A stretch of 8,253 nucleotides of DNA, taken from NCBI GenBank assembly GCA_051294375.1, contig JBJCIZ010000678.1, positions 2,157 to 10,409 of the forward strand. Direction: 5' to 3'. Position numbers and translations under genes: made by a program. The notes under the pieces are model-generated. The model had not been told where the DNA came from. It did no database searches and saw only the letters and a program-made list of their open reading frames with translations. This stretch comes from Paraspadella gotoi. Taxonomy: Eukaryota; Animalia; Chaetognatha. How positions within the stretch are numbered: position 1 is the stretch's first letter; each line of letters begins with the position of its first letter. Shown here one piece after another: positions 1 to 7,475 of the stretch.

Positions 1-1727
1 AATCTATTATAATAGAGATGATGCAATAACTATTTGATATAAGACTGAGGAAAGGAAGGGATTTTTAATAGTAATGGTTTAACTAAAAAAATAATAAAAA
101 AGAACTCAAAATTAGTATAAATAAAAAATTTTAAAATATAACTAATTTTAAAAAAAAATTTTTTTGGACAACTATTTTTTTTTGCCTGGAATTCTTGTAT
201 TTTTTGTTGTGCTATAGAGAGCATAAAGATAAGGGCTTGTAGGAATATGAAATTACAAAAGCCAAAGTTTTCTTTATTATTTAAATTTTCAGTTTTTCCA
301 ACTTCTCTACATTAAAATGCCGAAAAATAGATAGTAATTTGAGCCGCGTCAATTTTATTTTATCCCATAGTGGTCATAGCTATAGCTTAATTTCTGTATG
401 GATTTTGACCGCGGACTTAGATAAAAATATATTTTTTTCAAAAAATTATTAAATTTTTCGTTAGGTGAATTAGAATTTGCTTTCAAAAAATAAGAAAATA
501 AAGTACATATTCTAAAATCTGACATTTTCTTGGTAGAAAACATTTTTATTATTTAAAGGAATGTCAACTTAAGGTAGCAAGGCTGTTCAAGTGATCTACT
601 ATTCAAATTTTAATTTGACTTGATATAATATTTTTGCTACACTTTACGACACAGCCTGCAGTCGATGAAGCCACGCAGACCGAGATCCCAACGTCTTTAA
701 CAAACACGAGGCCGACGTTTTAGATCAGCGACACGGACAAAAGATTCCATCTCAACGCTCATGGGCTGAGCCGACGAAAATAATTAGCATACTCAAACGG
801 TGTTTTATAAACGATTATAAACGATGTTTTATTAGAAAAAAGTATCCCATTTGTACTAAGAGAGAGATGTAATTTTATGGAACCTGTCCCGAGTACAAAA
901 ACAATGTTTGTTATCAAAACTTATTTTTTAAATGGCTTTATGAATTTTTAAGATTGGGCCCACAAAAAGAAAGTGGTATGGCAATGGCGTTAACCAGGGA
1001 GACAATGTGTGATGCCCGGGATGTGAGCCATCTCCGCGACAGCTGGCGGCTGCGGTCTTTGGACTTGCAGTGACTCACACCATGTCACTGGCGTGTTTAT
1101 GCTGACACCATCACACTTTTACACCAGCGTGACCGTGAGGGGATAAACCCGGAACTCCACGAACTGAGTTTCACCAAGCTGAATACGNNNNNNNNNNNNN
1201 NNNNNNNNNNNNNNNNNNNNNNNNNNNNNNNNNNNNNNNNNNNNNNNNNNNNNNNNNNNNNNNNNNNNNNNNNNNNNNNNNNNNNNNNNNNNNNNNNNNN
1301 NNNNNNNNNNNNNNNNNNNNNNNNNNNNNNNNNNNNNNNNNNNNNNNNNNNNNNNNNNNNNNNNNNNNNNNNNNNNNNNNNNNNNNNNNNNNNNNNNNNN
1401 NNNNNNNNNNNNNNNNNNNNNNNNNNNNNNNNNNNNNNNNNNNNNNGGAGGCAAATTTAGGATTCGCCACAGTAGCAAGTTATATTTTTTTACATGGCGA
1501 CTTTATTAGCGGAAATAGTTTTGCGGACTTCACGCTGCCATTTAATAATTTATGTTGGGATTGAGGTTATAATAATTTATTTGGCTTATTTTTACATTCG
1601 CCAACCGGGTTTTGCGGTCGGTTATTTGTTTTTCGCTTTTTATAAGCGTTGTATAGAAATCTTGTTAAGTAAAAATAAAAGAAAAACATTGGTAAAGGTA
1701 AAAAAATTTTTATTATAACTTTCATTT

Positions 1728-1772
1728 CGAAAACTCCCTTAACGAAAACTCCCTTAACGAAAACTCCCTAAA
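1728..1772. repeat. 15-bp tandem repeat, 3 copies
   Basis: CGAAAACTCCCTTAA at 1728-1742 and 1743-1757; CGAAAACTCCCTAAA at 1758-1772. Confidence 0.95.
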
Positions 1773-1906
1773 CTCTAATCCTAACACCCCTCATCCTTAA
1801 CCACCCTTAACCCAATTCTAACCGTTTAAAATAAATTTAAAACAATTATTTAAACAAATNNNNNNNNNNATGCGAAAATATATTTTTAAATGAAATTAAA
1901 AAATTG

Positions 1907-2346
1907 TATTACTGCGCAAACTGAGATTCAACGCTCAAGGGAAAACAAAATACAACGGATAAACAAACCACCAACTGTTGGTAGCTAAGGTTGGTTGCGG
2001 ACGTCGAATAGTAAAGTTACCTATAAATTTTACATTTATGACTTAATATTAAATATTAAAAAATAATTACTCATGAATAGGGCAAAAATATTTAAACAGG
2101 GTCCCTAAGGCCAATATTTTTAAAAAAACATTACGCATTTCCTATATATAAAGTTTGAAAAAATAATGCAGTATATCTTAAGCATAATTTTAAAGTTAAT
2201 TAATCATAATTGATTAATAAATAAATAAATGGGTAATTTTACTATTTGACGACGACAACCAACCTTAGGGACCAGGGTTCGTCGGTTTGTTAATCCATTT
2301 AATTTTGTTTTCCCTCAATTGTCGAGTCTCAGTTTTCGCAATAATA
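1907..2346. mobile_element. MITE / non-autonomous DNA transposon with ~115-bp imperfect terminal inverted repeats
   Basis: 1907-2021 (TATTACTGCGCAAACTGAGATTCAAC...GGGAAAACAAAAT...CTAAGGTTGGTTG...AATAGTAAAGTTACC) aligns with the reverse complement of 2232-2346 (TATTATTGCGAAAACTGAGACTCGAC...GGGAAAACAAAAT...CTAAGGTTGGTTG...AATAGTAAAATTACC). AT-rich non-coding interior; TA at both ends is a possible target-site duplication. Confidence 0.8.
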
Positions 2347-2738
2347 TAACATTCTTTGAAACGTTATACCACGACATTGATAGGGAATCCAGGTACTCTC
2401 GGAGTGAATAAACCAGTCNNNNNNNNNNNNNTGATTGAAATCTTGCAGGGACCTGCTATGTCATTATCTTGGATGGAGGCATTAAGCCACCAAAACCTGT
2501 CCAAAGTTAGGTGCAAGATAACTTATTTATTAAATGAATGGTTAATTTTTATATTGGTNNNNNNNNNNTACTAATTTAATTTCTTAAGATTAATATTTAA
2601 TGATTTGGGGAAATCCAGTCGTCCTGCTATCCCTCTGGATGTCCAGTGTTATTTTTTTCATTATTAATCTATTACAAAGGATGTAAAATATCAGAAAAAA
2701 AAGTTAGTCTTAAATCTGTCAGATTTTTTCATATTCAG

Positions 2739-2943
2739 CTTTGGGGTAGAGTACTTCCGGCCACAGAAGGGAAACGCCTTCTGGAGTTTGCGGCGCCTCT
2801 GCGCAGCTTTCGCGAGCGCCAGTTGCTTTGTCAGAGACATCCAGGTGTGGCCGAGCTTGAGGCGGTGGAAGAACGGCGCTGAGCGCGAGAGATCTCTTCT
2901 CTGAGCTCCCGAATGCTTTTGATGATAGGACCAAGTGACGCCT
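2739..2943. other. GC-rich patch, possible exon or gene/TE fragment of unknown identity
   Basis: Much higher GC than flanks. On + it is bounded by TTCATATTCAG (acceptor-like, ends 2738) and GTAAGA (2944); on - there is CTTACAG at ~2948-2942. All + frames contain a stop and no protein is recognised. Confidence 0.25.
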
Positions 2944-3458
2944 GTAAGATAGGGCGTTGAAAAATTACGAAATATAACAAATCAAGTGAGGTACATAGGT
3001 ATTTTAGTGTAATAAAGTCTGTAGAATTCGATGATGATAACCATTTTTTTGTATAGTCTCATCTTCTTTGTCGGAAATGGCGATTTTTGCAGCATATAAG
3101 TACTATTAAAATGGAGTAATAAGAAACTCAAATTATTAAGATTTTATAAAAAACATATTTAACTTACATACTATGAAAATAAAGACCCATATAAATTATT
3201 TTGGTTAATTTTATTACAAATTTTATATTTTATTAATGTTTGTTAACTATATTTATTAATAAATAATAATAAAAATAAGCTAAAGTAAAAAAGAATATAA
3301 ATTTTAAATTTTAAAACCGGAATTTGAATTCTTTATAAAAAGTTGATATAAGAAAGTATAATCCATTTTAAAAAAATTCTTTCATTTAAGTAGTGTTAAA
3401 AAATTATTAAAAGCTATTATTTTTGTGGTTATTTTCAATTTTGGCTTTTAAAAATTTA

Positions 3459-3489
3459 TCTCTGATCGAACCCCCCCCACGAAATGCCT
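3459..3489 (+). repeat. Putative left terminal sequence of the element
   Basis: TCTCTGATCGAACCCCCCCCACGAAATGCCT; the reverse complement of 4320-4349 is identical apart from one A indel. Sits at the AT-to-GC transition. Confidence 0.85.
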
Positions 3490-3769
3490 TTTGTCTCACT
3501 AAAGGCGAGACTACCGCGCAGTGCATCAGAAGAAAACAAAACAAAAAAGACATCGAAAAGTATATCTTTTTTGAGCAGCGCTGCAGCACCGGTCCGCCCG
3601 CCGCTGGCGGGGCTCCCCGAAGTGCTGCTGTGCCGACAGAGCGTCACTTCTTTTTCGCGGCGAAAAGCATCAGCCGTTTTTTTCTAACGTTTTCTGTTCT
3701 TCGCTTATTTATCGGGATTTTCTTTCTTTTTTCGATTATTTTTATCGAGATTTCAGGCGGTCGTTATTA

Positions 3770-4182
3770 ATGTCTTCGCATCACGTACGCGATGATTCTA
3801 AGAAGTCGCGCGAAAAATCGCACGACAAACACGGCGATCGCCATTCGTCGAATCTGCGAATTCAAGGGGGTTGAGGACCCCGGAGGTGCGCGGGGAAGAA
3901 CCGGCTTTCCCCGCAATGCGTCTCACCGCCCCCTCCTCCTTCGCCTCGGAGACCGGTTTCCTTTACCTCGGTTCCGGCCTCTCAGGCAGCGACACCGAAG
4001 CGCGCACCCGGCGACGCGGTTTGGGGGCGGTCAGCCAGACGACGTGCTTCCTCAAGACTCGCGTTCGGCTGGAGGCATGGAAGTCGTCGTGACTATTTGA
4101 AGGCCACCCTTGAGGGTTTCCAAGAGATGAAGGATTTTCAACGCTTCTCTTGCGTTTGGAAATGGAGGATTTTTGCCGGTGA
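3770..4182 (+). pseudogene. Possible frameshifted small accessory ORF (~135 aa) of unknown function upstream of gag
   Basis: GC-rich block between T-rich tracts. ATG 3770 gives MSSHHVRDDSKKSREKSHDKHGDRHSSNLRIQGG*, then successive frames give PEVRGEEPAFPAMRLTAP...LEAWKSS, DYLKATLEGFQEMKDFQRF and LRLEMEDFCR* (TGA 4180-4182). The first shift is at a G5 run. No homolog recognised. Confidence 0.4.
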
Positions 4183-4319
4183 GCTCACCGGGGGGGGAGT
4201 TTATTTCATTTGGTCATTTCGCATATTTCGCTTATGCCCCTCTGCTTTCCTTTTGTTTCGAAAATTTTATTTCTTTCTTTCCTTTTTTTACACCGCGCTC
4301 TCTTTTTTCTCGTCTTCTG

Positions 4320-4399
4320 AGGCATTCGTGGGGGGGGTTCGATCAGAGAATCTTAGATTCCAAATGGAATCACGATTCTTGATCGAACCCCCCCCACGA
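4320..4399. repeat. Long hairpin / ICR-like region
   Basis: Perfect 20-bp arms 4326-4345 (TCGTG8TTCGATCA-type: TCGTGGGGGGGGTTCGATCA) and 4380-4399, with inner stems AGAATC/GATTCT (4347-4352/4374-4379) and GATTCCA/TGGAATC (4356-4362/4365-4371). The hairpin is seen directly; the ICR role is inferred. Confidence 0.85.
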
Positions 4400-4582
4400 C
4401 TCTTCCCGCCGTCCACCCTTTTCACCACCGGTGTTTGGTTCTTTTGGTTCGCGGGTGTGGGTTTTTGCCGGTTGCTTTTTTTATGTTTTTTAAAATTTGG
4501 ATAATTTAGAAAGAGGAGGGAGGGGTTTTTGTTAGATCGTTTTTTATTTGATCTAATGTTGTTTTTTCGTGTTTTTACGTTC

Positions 4583-5575
4583 ATGTCACGGTTCTTGATC
4601 GACGGGATGGCCGCTCCTCATTTCTCCGCTTCTTCGTCGCTTCTCCTTGCTTCGCCTTCCGCTTCCAGAGCCCAGATCCCTGCACGGGTTTCTGCCTCAG
4701 CCTCACATTCGCGAGAGATCTCGCCTCCGCCACGTAGTTCCGGTTTGAAGCACTCCTTCCCGGATCCGGACGCCGAATCCTCCGAGGAGGGGGAGGTGGA
4801 CTCTGCTTCCGACACAGAGGGTGGTTTCAACGCCTTCCTCCCTACCGCCAAGAAGGCAGTCTCGGCGTCGGAGTGGGTCGTCGATCAGTGGCGCAGTCTC
4901 CGTCAGATTTCTGCTTCTGGGGAGTTGGTGAGGCACTGGGATTCTCGTCTCGCGACTCCCCCATCTCGCCTTCGCCGATGGGTGGATAACGCCTCTCCGG
5001 CTTCGTTCCTCCCTCCGGATCGAGATGGATGCTTAATCCATCAATTTGAAGCAGCCTTCGGCGCTCGTCCTAACGCCTCCTTTCGTCAACATCAGCGTTC
5101 GATGCAGGAGGCGGGTGCGTCTGGTCACGCGGCGCTTTACGTCGCGGATGAGCTTCGTCTGTTGGCCGAAGAGCTCAAGGAGGGTCTCTCCACGGATCAG
5201 GCCGTGGAACGTATAGGAGCTTTGGCCACGCCTCTTCGGGACGTAGCAGCGATTCAGGCGAGCTCTTTCAATTCGGCGCTTTTCGAGATTAGGCGTGCCG
5301 TTCAATCGGCGGCGTCTTCGGATCTCCGTGGCACCCTTCATGAAGCGCAGCCGACGGAGTCTCATTTCTTCGGCAACAAGGCAGACCAAGTTGCTTCTGC
5401 CGTCAACGCGTCTCTCCTGCGCGCTCACGCTTCTCGTCCTCGTTCCTTCGACGATCGCCGTCAGCGTTTTAAGGCCAAGCCTTCTTTCCAAGCACGCAAG
5501 GGAGGCAAGAAGCCTTACCCCGCCAAGAAGTCGGGAAAAAACGGAGAGCGCAGGGATGCGAAGCCCTCAAAGTGA
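4583..5575 (+). CDS. gag-like ORF1 of the DIRS element
   Basis: Uninterrupted frame 4529-5575 with in-frame ATGs at 4556, 4583 and 4607 (true start uncertain). Ser/Pro-rich then acidic N-terminus (DAESSEEGEVDSASD), helical-looking middle, ...PTESHFFG... and a basic C-tail (KAKPSFQARKGGKKPYPAKKSGK). Lies directly upstream of RT. Assigned by position and composition, not by a diagnostic motif. Confidence 0.8.
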   Translation: MSRFLIDGMAAPHFSASSSLLLASPSASRAQIPARVSASASHSREISPPPRSSGLKHSFPDPDAESSEEGEVDSASDTEGGFNAFLPTAKKAVSASEWVVDQWRSLRQISASGELVRHWDSRLATPPSRLRRWVDNASPASFLPPDRDGCLIHQFEAAFGARPNASFRQHQRSMQEAGASGHAALYVADELRLLAEELKEGLSTDQAVERIGALATPLRDVAAIQASSFNSALFEIRRAVQSAASSDLRGTLHEAQPTESHFFGNKADQVASAVNASLLRAHASRPRSFDDRRQRFKAKPSFQARKGGKKPYPAKKSGKNGERRDAKPSK

Positions 5576-6700
5576 CGGGCTGCGTCGCCGGAGCAGTCGT
5601 CGCCTCGTCCGGCTGCAGTGGCGCTTCAGGACCGGACTCCGCCCTCGGACACGTTTTCTCCAGATCCGGCGCTGCTTCCTCACCATCCGGTTGGAGGAAG
5701 GCTCCGTTTCTTTCTACCGTTTTGGACGAACTTGGTCGGCAAGGATTCGCCAATCCTTCAGAACGTTTCGGGGTTCAAGATCCCCGGGGCCGACGCCATC
5801 CCTTCACGCATGCCTCGCCCTGCAGACGAGACCCCGTCGTTCGGCGAGAGGGACGCCGCTGTGGACGCGGAGATTCTCGCCGCTCTGGAGAAGGGAGCTA
5901 TCGAGGAGGTGGAGCCTTCTCCGGGGTTTTACTCGAAGGATATTTCTCGTTCCGAAGAAGGATGGAGCTAGGAGGCCGATCCTCAACCTCAAGCGCCTCA
6001 ACACGGCTTTTCTCTCGCTCCTTACTTCAGGATGGAAGGATCTCCGACTCAGGAATGTTTCGAACGAGGCGAATTGCGGGAGCGGGCTCGATCGATCTCC
6101 GCGACGCTACCTTCACCTCCCGCTGCAACGAGGACCATCGCCGATTTTTTGTTCGGAAGGAATTTCAGTAAGTTCCGTTTGCTGGAGACGCCGGCCTAAG
6201 CACGTCATCGTAGGACAAGGCGCATTTTTCTCTACGAACGTTTTCTGGCTCGTCGGTAAGGGGTCCCAGAGGTCTAGGCATCAATATGAAAGGAAGCGGG
6301 CGCTTCATTCTTATTTGGAGAAGAATCGGAGTCTCGTTCCGTCTCAGAGCTTCGAATTTTTCTGGGCTCCATTGGGACGGGGTCTTGCCATCAAGTGTCC
6401 GCTTCCTCCGTCAAAAGCTGGAATCCCTTCGGGCGTTTCAGCAGCGTCTCTCCTCGTAGCGTCTCGCCCGAAGGCCGCTAGTGCTTCAACTTCTAGGGTA
6501 TGCAACCGGCGGCGGCTCTGGCCGTCCCTCTTCTCCGTTGTCGCTCTTGCTCGTTTCAGCGGACGGTCAATCGCGTCTATCGTTCGGAGTGGATCTCGAT
6601 CGACCGACGCCTCTGGATGCCTCCAGCATTGGAGGAGTTGGAGTGGATCGCGTCTCTTCGCCCGAGGATTGCGTGGCGCCAGTGACGATCTTCTCCGGAG
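5576..6700 (+). pseudogene. Reverse transcriptase domain of DIRS pol, frameshifted
   Basis: Motifs spread across frames: HPVGGRLRFFLPFW (~5684-5725), LEKGAIEEV..PGFYS (~5885-5935), IFLVPKKDGARRPILNLKRLN (~5942-6003), SIDLRDA/YLHLPL (~6088-6125), GLST (~6193), corrupted Y-x-D-D/WLV region (~6233-6255), FIL/LEK..SLVPSQSFEF (~6304-6360), LQLLG (~6484), LEELEW (~6629). Confidence 0.9.
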
Positions 6701-7049
6701 AGTTGTGCGCACACGTTACGACGGATGCGTCCCCAGAGGCTGGGAATCCTTTCAGGAGAGATCTCCTTCAGGGACATGGAGGATGCAACTGCCCTCTCCA
6801 TATCAATTGTGAAGGAATTCACAGTGCTGAGGATCTTCCTGAGCGCAGTTCGGCCAATTCTCTTCGCGATTCGACCCCTTCATGGAGTCCGACAGCCAAG
6901 TGTCTCTTCTCTGTCTTCGACGCACTTGCAGCCGGCCAGATCCTCCAGAGGTCGTAGAGAACTCTTCTACTCGCCCATGCTCCTGGAATTCGTCACACGG
7001 AAGTCACGTGACTTCGGAGGAAAATCTAGTTGCAGAGGCAGCGTCGAGA
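6701..7049 (+). pseudogene. RNase H domain of DIRS pol, frameshifted
   Basis: VTTDAS (6715-6732) followed by GW (6738-6743), HIN (6799-6807) / KEF, ESDSQV (~6885-6902) and SHVTSEENLVAEAASR (7002-7049). These match the TDAS / HINxxE / SDN / NxxADxxSR pattern of DIRS1-type RNase HI. Confidence 0.88.
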
Positions 7050-7069
7050 GGGCGTCTAGTGGCGGATTG

Positions 7070-7475
7070 CACCTGCTGCCCAGGATTTTTCGCCAGATCG
7101 TTCGAGCGTTTCGAGCTCCTGCGATAGATCTTTTGCGACAAGGATTCGACGCAAGTCCGCCGCTTCTTCGCCTGGAAGGCGAACCAGAAGCAGAAGAGTG
7201 GACGCATCTTGCCCCAGATTTGGATTTTCGTCTGGCCTTCCTTCTCCGCCGCCTCCGCTTCTCCCAAGCGTGATTCCGCAAGCTGGAGGAGGCATCAGGG
7301 ACCTACCTCCTGATCCAACCCCTTCTGGCCACCCAGAAGTGGTTTCCATCCTTCTCAATCTGAAGATCCTGGAGGTACTTTCGCTTCCGCTCCGGAGGAG
7401 CGCCGTCGTCGACCTCAGCACAGGTTCGCCACCTCGCAGGCGAATCGCTGAAGCTTGTCATTTGGAGGATTTTCG
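7070..7475 (+). pseudogene. DNA N6-adenine methyltransferase-like (MT) domain of DIRS pol, frameshifted
   Basis: IFRQIVRAFRAPAIDL(F/A) (~7085-7140), LAF/PPPPLLPSVI (~7232-7275), RKLEEASGTYLLIQP/FWPPRS/WFPS (~7278-7352), LKLVIWRI (~7448-7471). This is the DLFA...AFPP...PxW...WFP pattern found after RNase H in DIRS1-like elements. Confidence 0.75.

Noticed and set aside
30-543. Short minus-strand ORFs 30-224 and 355-543 (also 1494-1718, 3423-3770, 4288-4584)
   Set aside because: F/K/I/L-biased translations of AT-rich or T-rich non-coding DNA, mostly with non-ATG starts.
805-824. TTATAAACGA duplicated in tandem
   Set aside because: Trivial 10-bp slippage duplication in AT-rich DNA.
1119-1478. 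ORFs spanning 1119-1478 and 2356-2574
   Set aside because: Artefacts of N gaps.
1728-1772. CRISPR array
   Set aside because: Head-to-tail repeats without spacers, no cas genes, eukaryotic context.
3462-3485. Hammerhead-like CTGA..GA...CGAAA
   Set aside because: The core is CTGATCGA, not CTGANGA; the C8 tract cannot form stem II; the other copies lack GAAA.
3590-3670. Resemblance to an HDV-like ribozyme (GGTCC-GCC-CGCCGCT-GGC...GGCGAA)
   Set aside because: No P1 partner, no GG for P1.1 and no downstream GGACC for P2 could be found; a simple hairpin explains the sequence.
5295-6812. 505-aa ORF as a real single protein
   Set aside because: It is a mosaic of RT fragments and off-frame sequence produced by indels.
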